From Lama glama (taxonomy: Eukaryota): a stretch of DNA of 64,000 bases. The DNA lies in assembly GCA_028534125.1 (NCBI GenBank), contig CM052818.1:11658001-11722000 (forward strand), written 5' to 3'. This document shows positions 13,721 through 27,055 of this stretch, piece after piece; positions within the stretch are counted from its first letter, which is position 1; each line of letters starts with the position of its first letter. Under the pieces are notes generated by a model. The model had not been told where the DNA came from, did not search any database, and saw nothing but the letters and a program-made list of their open reading frames with translations. A program made the translations under genes and the position numbers.

Positions 13721-14099
13721 AGGGCTGTCTTCATGCAGGGAAACAAGAGAACACTATACCAGACTCTCCTTCTCAGAATTCCGCAAGCCTGCATAGCATT
13801 CTGGAACTCATTTTTAATAGTTGTCAGACTCTGACCTAGGGAAACACAAGCTAAATACTGAGAAGGGTAATGTTCACAGCAAGTAATAAGAGAGACCAAT
13901 ACAAGTCAGTTATTAATATGTTTTTATTACTTTTATTTTATCAGTTTTAAGTTTAATGTGCAATTCTATTGCGTCTCACAGTTTCCAAAATTTGGCAAAC
14001 ACCAGAAGAGAAGAGTAGGCACACAAGCATAGCATTAAGAGAAACTATACTATGAGGAGAAGTCCACTACGTGAGGGTTTTGGTTGTTAATTTAACAGG

Positions 14100-14546
14100 G
14101 TCTTTGGCAGATTGCTAACATTAGAACATATCTGTGTCTGCTCCTTCTTGGCACCTGGCTAAACCTTTTTTCTAAGCTGCCCTCAGTTACATGGAGCCCT
14201 ACAACTGAGTTCTGGCCAGACAGATGGATAACTGGATGGATACACATGATATATGATATTTCTAGATGGGTCTCAAAAAAAAAAATCTTACCTATCTGCC
14301 ATGCTATTTCTTTGTCCTCTGTCCGCTCCCTCCAGAAAGAAATGAACCAGCCAAGGGCACTGAGTCCTCCGAGGACAGGACTGGGTGGGCCACTGGATGG
14401 GAAGAACCTGAGTCCCTAAATGACTATGTGAAGTAAAGCGCCTTCATTTTAATAGGACTGTGTCAAGAAGACACAGAACCTTGTTGTGTTATGTCACTGA
14501 GAACCTAGACTTTTTGTTAAAAAACCATTAGCCCATCCTGACTAGA
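14100..14546 (+). mobile_element. MaLR (MLT1H/I/J/K-like) solo LTR
   Basis: 'actgagttctggcca', 'ggaagaacctgagtccctaaatgactatgtgaag' and the terminal 'gtgttatgtcactgaga...tagcccatcctgacta' are typical of old MLT1 LTRs. Confidence 0.65.
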
Positions 14547-14774
14547 ACTTGGTCATCATGAAAGGTAGGCAGTTTTTGTTTTTCTGAAACACTTCCTTGT
14601 ATTAGAAGTATAATTTTTGATATAATTAACTTGATTTGGGTCTAAAAAGATGCCCAAAATTTTTTTTTAATTTTAAATGAAATTCAACAAAGATAATACA
14701 ATCCTGTAAGATTCTTTCAATACAGAAGTTTCCTCTATATTATAGATATTTCCTTCTTTTTTCATACATGGGGT

Positions 14775-14890
14775 TTTTCCATTATTTTCATTGACAGTTG
14801 ACATATAATATTGTGTACAATTTAAGGTGTTGATTTGATACATTTATATATTGCAATATGATTTCTGTCTTGGCATTAGCTAACACCTAC
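14775..14890 (-). mobile_element. L1 3'-end fragment (L1MA9-like / laurasiatherian-type)
   Basis: 'ttgacatataatattgtgta...tttaaggtgt...tgatttgatacatttatatattgcaatatgat...ttagctaacacct' is an antisense L1 3' UTR terminus. Confidence 0.65.
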
Positions 14891-16009
14891 CACCACTATA
14901 AGTATTTTCTAAAGTAATAAATGATCATTAAAAATGTATATTGTGCTTTCAAGTAGCACTCTCTATATAACTACAGGACAGGAAAATTAACCCTTGAGAA
15001 AGAAATAAACTAGTATACATAGATGTTCATTATGGAGAAAGTAGGTTCACTCAACAAAAGGTTTCATCAAAAACACATTTCAAATCAATGTGTTCTGCTT
15101 TCCTGAGGGCACATTTCCAGCCATAATGCTTCATTAACAAATAATCAAGACACCCCTACCTTTGTGCTACTTCTGCTGAACTGGAAGCTGTCAGTGGGCC
15201 ACATGTAAAGGATGTATACAGAGACACATTTAACACAAAGGCTCTGAAATCAATCAATAAAATAGAAACATAAGTATGTGTTGGAGCCACTCAGTCATGG
15301 AGCAACCTGGGATGGCATGTAGAAAAACAATGCCAATAGAGAGAAGAAATAAAACTGAATTTTATCACATTTCTAATACTTCAATAAGTAAAGAATCTCC
15401 AGATGGTCTAATATTCTATCAGTTGCTATTTGGATCAGCACATTAAAAAAAAAAGTCTTAAAATATCAGCTGCACCTGTCAATATAGGACATAATATAAA
15501 GCATCTTTTGTAATCTGTCTGCATTTTCTCAGTGTTTACTTAAGTACCTAATAGCTTTTATTGGTTATGAGCCTATTAGCATGCGGTTGAATGTTCTTCA
15601 AGGGTAAAGGCCTTAAGGTCCATTTAAAAGCGTATTCAACTTGCTTTACATGATAGCATCCCACAATTCATATGGTCTATTAATAAACACGTGTGAAGAT
15701 CAGTATCATGATATACTTACCAGAAAGAGAGACAGTACAAAGACACATGGCTTAGTTCAAGTGAAGGTAAGTCCTAAAAGTATTTTAAACCAAGAACAGA
15801 TCCTGCAGCCAAGGTATAGAACAATAAATCTTTAGAAGAAATGAAGAAAACATACAGATATACAATAAATAATTTACCACCTGTATCTATTTATATTTGG
15901 TTATATATTAAAAGGGGGACAGGATGAGACTGTCAATCAGAAGGTGAAAGAAAAATGACAATAGGACAACTCATGTTTGTTGAACTCCTACTTTGTAACA
16001 AGTATTCTC

Positions 16010-16170
16010 ATTCCCATAGCCCCATGGAAACATCTCTCTTCCAGGTACCAATGACCTCTCATAGTTTTCCACATCCAGCCTGGACCTCTCCACTGAGCTC
16101 CTGACAAACACATTTGCCCAAATCCCATCTCACTGCTCCCATGGAATGTCCTAGAGGCTTCTCATTTTTT
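16010..16170 (+). mobile_element. L2 fragment
   Basis: 'tccagcctggacctctccactgagctcc' and 'ccaatgacctc' are L2 internal motifs. Confidence 0.5.
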
Positions 16171-16502
16171 TTTTAATAGCCTTTCTCTATTAGGAATAAT
16201 AACCTGGCTGACTATTGTTTTTCTGTCACTTCTATATAAGCATATTTAGGTTCCTTGCGTCCAGTCTCCTCCAGTAGCCTTGGAGTCTCCATGGGTTACA
16301 GAACCAGGTGGGAGGGGCCAGGGTGCATCCCTGTTTGTAGCTGCCCCTGTCCCCTACATGCAAACACAGCCTCACCCAGCACCCAGCCCAGAGCTGGGCA
16401 CAGGAAGAGCCATCAGTAGTCCTGACAAGGGGGCTTGGCCAGCCCTTCCCCAGCAACCAAAGAGTCCTCTCCCAGCCACTCAAGGGAATTCACATCATCA
16501 GA

Positions 16503-16590
16503 CAGCGGTCCTCAGTCCGGCTATTCACTTGTACCACCCTGGAAGTTTTAAAAATCTCTCATGGCTGAGCTTCAGTCCTAGACATTTCTC
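16503..16590. mobile_element. MER5-like DNA transposon fragment
   Basis: 'cagcggtcctcag...caccctggaagttttaaaaatctctcatggctgagc'. Confidence 0.4.
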
Positions 16591-16635
16591 ACAGTTTAAG
16601 ATGTGTTAACTCAGCCAAGGATCTTTCTGCCTCTC

Positions 16636-17351
16636 CTAGACCTGCTCCCACCACAGGTGACTCCATCGTAGCAAATAACAGCTCTCTCTTGCCAGTTTCT
16701 CAGGCCAAAAAATAGTTGACCCTTTTTGCCTCCTCTCATTTTTCACCCTCCATATCCAAATCCAAAAGTAAATTCTATCAGCTCTACCTGCAAAGTCTAT
16801 GCAAAATATGGTATCTCCCACCTCCACTGACATCAAACTGCACTGCGAGTTCTTTTCAAACAGAAGTTAGACCATGTCCTTCTCCTGTTCAAAACATCCA
16901 GTCACACTCAGGATAGAAACCAGAGTCCTGAGACTAACCCAGGAGGCCCTGCATGATCTGCCCTCACAGTTACCTACCTAATTGCCTTCCTCCACTCTTC
17001 TACTCCCTCACTCCTCTCCAGCCACACTAGCCTCTCTGCTATTTCTTCATATATCTCTGGCACATTCCTGCATCAGGACTCTTATACCTGCTGTCCCCCT
17101 CTCCCTAAAACACTATTCTCAGTGAGACTTTTATTCAAATGTCACCTTTTCTGATGATCTTATTTAAAATTCCCATCTCCACCTTCTTGCCCTAGAATTC
17201 TCTATCCCCTTCTTTTTGCCTCCCCCCCTTTTTTGAACACAGTACATATTACATTTATCATTATTTTTTAATTGTCTGTCTTCCCCCATTAGAATGTAGC
17301 TATATGAGGGATTGTTTTTCCTATTTTGTTTTCTGCTTTATTTCCAGAACT
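16636..17351 (+). mobile_element. L2a fragment (~700 bp)
   Basis: Ordered L2 motifs: 'ccagtttctcaggccaaaa', 'cagctctacctgcaaa', 'aggccctgcatgatctgccc', 'tccagccacactagcct', 'tcaaatgtcacc', 'ttgtctgtcttcccccattagaatgta'. Confidence 0.85.
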
Positions 17352-17374
17352 AAGGAAACACAAAATGCTTGGGA

Positions 17375-17560
17375 GGACTATATTATCTTATTTAACTCAA
17401 ATAGATCATTTGAGTTAGGAATTACCAATGAGCATTCTCACTTAATAGTTGAAAAAAACTGAAACTAAGGAAGAATAAGCAATTTTCAAAGTAACAAAGG
17501 CAGGAAAAGGCAGATGACGAAAGAAGTCTGTCTCTCTTTGGAGACATCTTGTTTCCTCAC
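17375..17560 (-). mobile_element. MIR fragment
   Basis: 'cttatttaactca...cattctcacttaatagttgaaaaaaactgaaact'. Confidence 0.5.
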
Positions 17561-20500
17561 AGCACCTGCCTTTACATAAAAGAAATTATACCATATTCAC
17601 TTAAAGTTTTCTTGGGCTCTAAAATCTAAGATGAGTTAAGAAGTTTGTTGTTGTTTTATCTTTTCCCTTCCCTAATTCATTTTGTAGTGTTTCTTGGACT
17701 TATCTGAGTCTTAAAAATTATTTTACCTAAAAATTAAAATAGAATTACATCAAATAAAAAGTATTTTCTTCAAAGCTCACACATTATCTAACCAGGAACA
17801 GAATCACTGATATGAACCAACCTCCTAGGATACAGCTGAAATTTATAATTCAAGCAGAACTGGTATATTTGGAGGAAAAGAAGAAAGGAGACTATCCTGG
17901 GGACCCTATTTCTCTTGCTGTTCATTTTGTGTAAATGCCAGTGGGAACCTCCATGCAGCAGCTATGGCTTCTTGAACATTTGACTCAACTAAGCCTGAAA
18001 GTTTTTGAGCTCTGCAAGAGGACTGCCACTATCACTTAATAAAAAGAATTTCACTCTCAAACCTAACATTTAAATGATATAAGATTCTTATTTAATTAGA
18101 GCAACAATATGAAGCCAGGTCAAATAAAAGGCAGGAATGACTGTCTAACGGATTTAAACTACAAGCTTGTGACAGTCTATGACAGATGACATATTTACTT
18201 TTCATAAGAGCTAAATGAATACCTTAGATAAAATGTGAGCTAAAAACAGCAAATTTGTAATTAATGAATTCATTGACAATATATTTTTGAAGAACACTTT
18301 CTCCTGTAAAGGAAAATAGATCTGTAAAGCCAAACAGTTAGTTAAAATGGCAAAATCCAATATTATTGGAGCTTAGAAATGAGTTGGGAATTTGACCTTT
18401 CTTCAGAAATTGAAGATGCTCTAATCAGAATTAGCCAGGTGCACACCTGTGTCGAGTGCCATCCTGAAGTTTCACTAAATAGCTTCTATCTTGTCTCTGC
18501 CCACAAAGGCTTCAGACCCCAGGCTTTGACACCTCAGTGACTTCAGTATTTCGGTTAAGCAGCTGCCACTTATTTCATTTTTCAATGCATGAAGTTTTGC
18601 ATGCTTTAACTAGAGGCCTTTTGGCAAAATGTTTAACCTAATAAACTCATGATCTAGCATCTTTATCTTCCTTATCATGGCCTTCGTCTCCTTAAGAAAG
18701 AGAGAATTCAAATATGACTGTAGAAACTGAGTGGTAAATGAGAATATAAGTGTACACATGCTTGAAGACATCACGGTGAACTAATGACTAATTACTGTGC
18801 AATTGAATACTAATGGAGAGACTCATGAAATCAACATGAACAGGAAATGAACTCAATATGACCAATGGCTCCACAATTAAAATCAAATAAATGCTAGTAA
18901 TAGAAAGTCTTAAAAGATATTACAACAAGCAGTCAATTATTCTTCAGGTTACACTTTACTAAAAAATAAGCATAATGCTAGATAGAAGTAGCTAGCTCAG
19001 TATCTTTAAAAAGTTAATGTGCATTTGAAATGTGAATTATAGTACTGTAATTATCTTCAAATTAAAGTATGTAAAACTAGTTCAATAGCAAGTCACTCAT
19101 TACAGCAAATCAGATAAACATGAATTTCAGGAAGGAAACTTGAGAGGTTAACTTTCTAGGACCCCTTAATTAATTAATTATCGCTCCAAATGTTTAACTC
19201 TTTAAGTCTTGACAATCCAATCAGAAAACTGTCAATAGAAAGCAAGCTTAGGCATTTGGGAAGAAAAACACACACACAAACAGAACAAACAAACAAATTT
19301 TAAAAGCACTTACCTTCAATACCTAAAGGGCTCATGGCAATTATAAACACTGATAAATAAATTTTACCACCAGTTTTAAGAAAATTGCAAGCATATTTCC
19401 TTTAGTTCTATTTCATTTACTTCCTCTTCACAACCCAATGGCTAAGTGAGGCAGATTGAAATAAACTGCAATATTTTCTCTTGAAAAGTCTACTCACTTA
19501 TCAGCTGTGGATCTAATCAAGGACCTAATAAGTCCATAATGGTACATTTGCTTCCCAGGAGAAACCATGGTTTCTCATCATTCCAGAAAACACTCCCTTG
19601 CAAGGTGCAACCAAGAGCCACGGACTCACTGCAACAGTCTAATAATTTGATTGGGAGCCCTTAGGCAGGGGTAACTTAAATTACAATTAGAGAGCCCTCA
19701 CACTGGTGCTAACATCTGCGTACTGAACCACTGTATACTGATTAAAGGTTTTTAAAAGAGAACTAAGTACTTCCCACATTAGAGATGAGTCTAATTCTAA
19801 CGGCCCTCGTCCTTGGTATGTAATATTCAACATTCCCTGCTGAGCTTCCTGCTTGTCATCAATCCAAAGACTGCACACCCTGGGTAATAACTGTCTTAAA
19901 AATGTCCACTAAATGCTCAGGAGCAAATAGGGAGAAAGGCAGAGTCCTGTGAAGGAAAAGAAAGTACTGCTCATTTTATCACTCTCCCAGTGTCTACTTC
20001 CCCCCTGATTTTGTGGCTATGCAGTTGAGGTGTTTTTGTTTTTCTGTTAAGAGTGATTCTAAAGAGAGGGTCAGAATTCAGAAAAACTGCCATGGGGGCG
20101 CCTATTAATGAAAATTGAAATGAATGAGGACACACGCACTGCATCCCTGAGAATCCTCCTGCCTTGTTGTTAAATGAATCGTGCATGCGAGGAAAACGGA
20201 GCCAGAAGAGAGCAGAGCCACAGAGATCTCCCCCCACACCCTAGCCGCCCCTCTCCGTCTCCCTCCATCCATTAGGGCCTTTTTCAAGCACATGGCTGGA
20301 GCAGATGTCCCTGAGAGGACATTTTGTTTCCCCCCGACATCCAGGCTCAAACACCTGGGCTCTAACATGACATCCGGTGGAGGCTATTTTCTTTTTTCCT
20401 TTTTTAAAACTTTCCTTTTATTTGGTTTGCATACAAGGCTAATAATGAGGTTTAAAAAACTATACACAATCAGTATACAATTACACTCATCGGGAGCCTG

Positions 20501-22136
20501 ACATGTAATTTCTGATAAACCCATATAACTATGAACAGCGAAAGGAACCATGGAGCACACACAATGTGTGGGGTCATCAGAACACAATGCCAACACAATC
20601 TCTGCGTCATGTCTTGTTGCATAGTATTAATCAGTGCAAACATTGTTTGGGAAATGAGAGAGGAGAGAAAGAGCAGTTTCCCAGCTGCTAGTGCTTTGCC
20701 ATCAAATCTGATAGTCAGTTCCATCTAATATAAGAGACTTCAGTAATAAAGCTTAGGGCCAACTAATGACTCTTGAGGAGTCTACTTAAACTGTGCAAAA
20801 TGAAATCAAATAACAGATCCTTGTATATAATCCCAACCCTCCTGATAATTTCACATCAGATGTCTCTTTGGCAATTTGTATATTTTCATAAATTTAGCAA
20901 ATGTATTAGCATCTTTAACAGCTACGATAGGTGGGTATTGAGTTTCCGTATTATCTAACTAATCAGTGTTCTAGGCTAGTTAATCGCTGCCATTTGGATT
21001 TACTTCAAGTTTTTGAGTCCTATACGTTGAAACATAATTATTTTTCTGTTGACTGTTATAGGTAAAGGATATGATAAGGTTTCATTAAGAAAGAATTATC
21101 CAGGACCAGAAGATGACAGCCCAGGTTACTGGGGAGCACAATGCAATACTACTGTCAATACTATTGATATGTCTCAGGAGAAGTGAGTCTGGGAAATGCA
21201 GAAATGTCACAAGCTTTGTTTTACCTTCCTTTTAATAGAGCATAGCATGACCTGTATGGGAGGAGTTGACTACTTCAATTAGGTTTATGCTATTTTCGAT
21301 AGGACTTCCAATCAGTGCATTTAGCTGGAAAGCAATTCCTGACTTTATTATTACCGTTGTCATCCTTAAAATGCATTCTATTTATTTTTTTAATTCACCA
21401 GGAGGGGCAAAGGAAGGACGGGAGCAATAAAGAAAAGGAGCCAGTAACATGCCCTTAGGGACCAATAGCAAAGGGAGAAGAATCACAGGAGAAGAGAGAA
21501 AGGAGATGAAAATGAAAGACGTATCTTATTAAACCATCATAATTAAGAAGTAATAGGCATTCATAAAGAGACCCAGGTCCAAAGACCTGCGGATGTCTAC
21601 AGCAGCAAGGGCAAATGTTTTCTAACAGGTAATAATCAACAAATGAACAACGTGAAAAAGCAAACTGGATCTCACAAAAGTGAGAGGCAGAGGCCTGCCT
21701 TCTCACAATGCTCCCACCTCCAGGCCAGGGCGGACACACCAAAACGGCAACACATTAAAGGAAAGAAAAATCAGGGACCTCTTTTCAACTACAGGTAAAT
21801 TCTAGCAAACACAGAGATAAAAAGCATTTGATAATAGAGCACCTCGTTCCCCATCACCTGTGGCTTATATGATGGGGTGGTCCCTGGCTCTGAATCCTGA
21901 GATTACAATTGCTGCCAGAGATCCAAGGGGATGGGGGCCTGCTGATGAAACTGACCCCACATTATTCATTTCAGCACAAGACAGGAATTAATTGGATGAA
22001 TCTTCCCTGAGCTCCTGTGCTTTAAGTTAGCTGGACCTAGGAGTACAGAGGAGACAAGGCTGAAGGGAAGGAGAAACACATTTGGTCCTTGGACACCCCC
22101 TAGTGTCTATGTGAGCATGAAAGCGTCTAGCAGGTA

Positions 22137-22138
<2 letters not shown>

Positions 22139-22167
<29 letters not shown>
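22139..22167. repeat. Poly(T)29 tract
   Basis: Seen directly. Confidence 0.95.
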
Positions 22168-22171
<4 letters not shown>

Positions 22172-23119
22172 CTAAATCAAACGAGGGGGCAAGAGTGGTT
22201 CCCAAAGATGGGCTCCCAGGACTCCAGCCTGGAGGGAAATTTGCCCTCCTCTCACATCAGGATTCAAGGAGCCTGTCTCAACACCCCTTTTGGGTGCTTC
22301 CTAGAATTTCTGCTCGCCGTTGACTTTGTCTCAATGAAGCAGAGTTTGTCTCAAGAAAATGTGGAAAATTATGGGGAGGCTAGGAGGAGTCAATAATTTG
22401 CTTCCCCCCACCCCCACAAAAAGGACAAACTTCACCGTTAATATACTGGATGTAAAATGAAAAAGAGAAATGGAGAGAAAATCTATTTCGGAGAATATAT
22501 GGTAGTTTGTCTTTCTATAGATAACTTGTGAGTGTTTGAATAAGCCCTGTGATGTATTTATGTTTACCAATGCGATTGGATATGAATACTGAATAAAGTC
22601 TGGAAACACTGCTCGCTACTTCTCTGTCAGCGGTTCTTGGAGCGATATTTCATTTGTGTGATGAAGATAAAATTTAAAAGTGGCTTGGAAAAGCTTTAGT
22701 GTAAGCGCCTTTGAAAGTTCCCACACAAATTGTCTGTGATTCCCTTCCTATCTAGGTAAATTAATTTTTTGTGTCCCAGAGTTATCTGTGGACTAGGCTT
22801 TCTCTGTTAAAACATTGTTCAAATCATGAAGTGTTACTACCAGTTTCGTATACAGTCATCTAAATGTGTAAATGTACCAAAATGTCATTATTATATTTGG
22901 CTGTCGTAAATACCCAGACAGTTTCCACAATTCTAGGGAAAGCATCCCTATATGGGAATTCCAAGAGATACTTTATATTTTTCTAGTTTTTCTAACATAA
23001 CGCTTCCCCTCACCTTTTCTAACTTTGGATCATTTATTATGGCAACATAGAGGACTTTTTCTTGCTGCATCTGGGAAGGTCGTGTTTGCAAACTTTGCAA
23101 GATGTGATTCTTTACAGAT

Positions 23120-23280
23120 TCACAACATTTTAAAGGGCAAGGGTCTTGAGAGGCCACCTGATTCATACCCATCTTTAAGGACTGGGGAGTTCAGAGTGAC
23201 TTAGTGACTTAACCAAGAGTCACTGGCAAAGCTGTTCCAAGGCTGAAACGGGAACTCGGGAGTCTTCCACCTAGCCATTT
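23120..23280 (-). mobile_element. MIR/MIR3 fragment
   Basis: 'gagttcagagtgacttagtgacttaaccaagagtcac...ggaactcgggagtctt'. Confidence 0.5.
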
Positions 23281-25728
23281 TTGGTGACTGATGTTTCTAA
23301 ATGTAAAAGGACATATCAGGAGCTTTATGAATGTGAAGATGTCATCTGTGGCAATAAAAGAGAAACGTGATCGCCAGGTTTGTACCCTCCATGTTGGGAC
23401 ACATTCTCTGAAGGTGTCCGGCGGCTCCCACAATCCCCACCTGGGAAGAGTGTGACTTTAGATTCAGCTCCTCTCCCCTTAGTTTTTCATCAATGACTCA
23501 CACATGAGGAAGGAAACAAGGGGAGGGATGTCAGAAACATCTCCCCCTGCCCAAACCCCACCACAACCTCTCACATCCCAGGTCTATAAATGAAACAGTT
23601 TTGTTGTTTTCCCCGGCTGGGAATGCTCCTGTTTTAAATATCAAACAAAGATGGCACTTGCTTCTGTTACAACCCACACAAATCAAACTTACTTTTAAAA
23701 CGGATTCTTGGCATATGGTAACAAAACCTATATAATTCTCTTGATCTTTAATCTCTATGCCAATGTCTGTTTTACAGATTACGGCCTCAGCCCCTGACAA
23801 ATCTGCTTAGTGAATTTTTGGCTCACAAACCTGGCAACACAAATGCTGTCTGAAATACATTCAAAAGGCTAAACGTTTTTCATAATAGCTACTTTACATA
23901 GCCTAGTAGGTTTCCCTTTAGGACACCAATTAAATTTTTTTTAAAGTGACAGTGTTAATTTTTATGATTACACACAGAACTGAGATTTTTATTTAATATA
24001 CTGGGCTTTCTTCTAAAGCTTTTCAAGGGGATCAACCACTTTGCCAACAGACGGGTGTTACAGCAGGGGTGATTATAGTAATTTTTCATGTAATTGGGAG
24101 TCACCATTTGGTTGCTATCTTTCACAAGCTTGTTGACTCATCATATAATATTTTATAATGGGGGTTTGTTGTATGTCACATGAACGTGCCAAGCAGCCAG
24201 GAAATGACAAACAGAGGACACCCCTCCTTGGCTGGTGGGGACCACAAAGGTTTTTAACATCTGCCCAGCTCTTTAGATTGCAGTACATTTTGCTTAATAG
24301 CAGTGACCAAACACTGAGAGAAGGGTTTCAGAGGACTGGGGGAGAATCTGTGTTTTCTCTCAAGAGAAGATTTCTCAAAGCATCATCTTAAAGATTCTAT
24401 GACACACTATGACAGCACAGTGTTAAAAAAGATAAGAAGGTATGCATACTCATTAGAATTATCAAAGTACCTTCCCATAAGTTCAAGAATTGAAGACCAA
24501 AACGAATGCAGCATGTTGTCCCTCGGGTTCATTTATTGCAGTTTAACTTTTCATCTCATCTTCTGAATCCCAGTAGTTAGCAAAGTGCTTTAATGGAACA
24601 AATGCACCAACAGAGGTGACGTGTGGATACTAGAAGTTGTATAAAATAACGGGTAAAGGTCAGAACTGGAAACGGGGATACCTGAGTTCTTGGCCCAGAT
24701 CTGTCATCTTGGGAGAGTCCTCTGAACAAACCAAAGCTTCAAATTCACTTCATATTACAGGTGAAAAGGTACATGGCTATGACTCCCAAGTCTTCCCAAG
24801 AAAGAAGTTAAAAGAAATAAGAGTAAGTCTGGAAATAATTCGTGAGTTAAAGCACTAAATACCAGGCCTTAGAGTTTGACTTTAGGTGATGATTCCTGCT
24901 AACACTTTGCCTTCTGGGACCCAGTAAAGTTGGCACAGCCGTCTGCAATGTGCCTTCATCTATGGAAGCTAGATGCATGTTTTCTTTAGAAGTTTCCAAG
25001 AGTTTTAGACCTAAAATGCTCATTTTTATGAAAAGTATCTGTTGAAATGTCTCCTCACCACTTGCTTCTAGCAAGTTCAGAGGAAAGACTTATTTTAACT
25101 TATCAGTGACAGCTTTTACTTCCACATAAGGCCCATGACTTCTGATAATGACAGAGCCTGAAGAGCATTTCAGCTGGACTCAACTCTTAAATATCGACTG
25201 GACAAAGAACCTGGATTTGTCTTTTCATTTAGTTGTCTAAGTACTGGTTCGTAACTCAAGCATAACATCGAATATGCCCATTCTTACTTAGTTCCTAAAA
25301 TCTGAGATAAAGGGCCTTTGCCTCACTAACCTCACGTGTTACAAATTAGCCGTAATATAGGTTAGCCTTTAGTTAGGTATCTTCAACAAATCCTAAACAT
25401 TGTTACATTATACTTTTAAATACATAAACATAAGATATAACTCTAAATGAAAACTTAACAACACAAATAAACAGTTTAACCAAATTTAACTCTATGACAC
25501 CAAAAATAAATATAAAATAAGAATACCTTATTATTGATTAGAAATGAGTACATGTCATGTACTTTTAGACTGCTGTTTAACTATGACTATTTCCAGAATT
25601 TAAAGTCACGTCCACTGCCTTCAAAATGACATCAGTGTTACAGGTTTCTGACAGAAGCTATTTGAATAAGATCATAGAAGACAGTTGGTAAAATCCAAAC
25701 CTATTTTGATCTAATAATGCCCTCACAT

Positions 25729-25755
25729 AACAAACAAACAAACAAACAAACAAAA
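25729..25755. repeat. (AAAC)n microsatellite
   Basis: About six AAAC units seen directly. Confidence 0.9.
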
Positions 25756-25848
25756 GGCAGGATCCATGACACAATTTCCTCCATAGTAACCAAATCTATG
25801 AAAATCAAACATAGTTTTATGTTTTCTAGGAACCCCTAATCAGTAGGA

Positions 25849-26075
25849 TACTTTAGAATTACTTGGTGTTCAAATCTGTCCAGTAACATGGGAATTAATA
25901 AGGACTGAATGGTAAATAAATAAGTTTGCAGAATCAGGATTAGAAGTTTATTTCATAAATTACTTTAGAATTACTTAGTGTTCAAATCTGTCCAGTAACA
26001 TGGGAATTAATAAGGATTGAATGGTAAATAAATAAGTTTGCAGAATCAGGATTAGAAGTTTATTTCATAAATTAC
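25849..26075. repeat. 112-bp tandem duplication (2 copies)
   Basis: 25849-25960 and 25961-26072 are identical except for two transitions; 'tac' recurs at 26073-26075. Confidence 0.97.
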
Positions 26076-26843
26076 GATCAACTTTTCATTTACACAAAGG
26101 CAAAAAAAAAAAAACTTTGTGAAGTTCAATTCTGCTATGTAGATCAGGAGAACTTTCCACTGATAATGACTTTTATCCCACTCCTAATGTTCCAGAATCC
26201 ACAACATACAAAATTATAAAACTAGTTTACAGGTGATATGCCATTCTGATATGCCATTCTTTTCCCCAATAAAGGAAAGTATTTTCTCAACAGAAGCATA
26301 TTTAGAAACACTAAATCTGCAAGAATCCTTGTCTCTTATGGCTTCTTCTTGTTAGGTACACACACATGTCCTTCTGATGAACTACTTGCATCCAACCAAA
26401 TGACACTGATCAAATTATGGAGCAAAAATGCATGCACTCTTTGTCATATCTCTTTATTACAGAGCTAACAACTTATTTAATCTCATTAATAAATTTGGTT
26501 TGGTAATGGCTTTATCATTTACCTCTTTGTTTTCTTAAACTCAGGAAAAGAGGGAGGTACATGAAGACAAGGGTGTATTAGGATTGATGTAGCTTCTAGT
26601 TTTCCTCTTGAGTTTAAAATCATAAACTATTCACTAATGTAAATTCTTAGGAGCAGCCTGTCAGATCCATTGTGATAATTAATATAATGGCATACTGTAA
26701 ATGTCACTGTTGTTAAGGCTGTTATCTTGGTGATTGCTGTTGTTGCTGACAATGCTATTAATAACATTACTATGTTGGTAATGATACTAACAAACAATGT
26801 TAAACACAGACAACACGATGTACTTTGTACTATACGTACATAC

Positions 26844-27055
26844 TGGAATACTGAAATAAGTGCATTTCCTGGAGAGACGCCGATCGTCTAAATTGTAAGC
26901 GACACCCACAGTACTTGTCTTCCGAGCATCTATATATTGGATGTGAGTGGGTGAGACTTTGCAAAAGAAGAGCCGGGAAAACAGTTTTACATAATAGCTC
27001 TTTACAGTACAAATTGGAAGTTGGAGGATTGTGTGAAGATTCGAAGAAGAGGAAT
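26844..27055 (-). other. Candidate internal exon (212 or 216 nt) of an unidentified minus-strand transcript
   Basis: Minus strand has a consensus branch point 'ctcactaac', then the pyrimidine-rich 'ctttcaattcacattgtctcatctctcaaaag|ATTCC'. Donor is 'CCA|gtatgt' (or 'TAT|gtacgt' 4 nt further). Two frames are open and CpG density is elevated. Peptide not recognised. Confidence 0.4.

Noticed and set aside
15657..15829. Exon-like intervals on both strands (plus donor AAG|gtaagt at 15767; minus donor CTG|gtaagt at 15720)
   Set aside because: The minus candidate has stops in all three frames. The plus candidate has a weak acceptor and an unrecognised peptide. Insufficient support.
20085..20105. GGGGGCGC suggesting a CTCF site
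   Set aside because: The 5' half (CCASYAG) does not match the CTCF consensus.
25849..26075. Direct repeats considered as a CRISPR-like array
   Set aside because: Only two adjacent copies with no spacers, in mammalian DNA; no cas genes.
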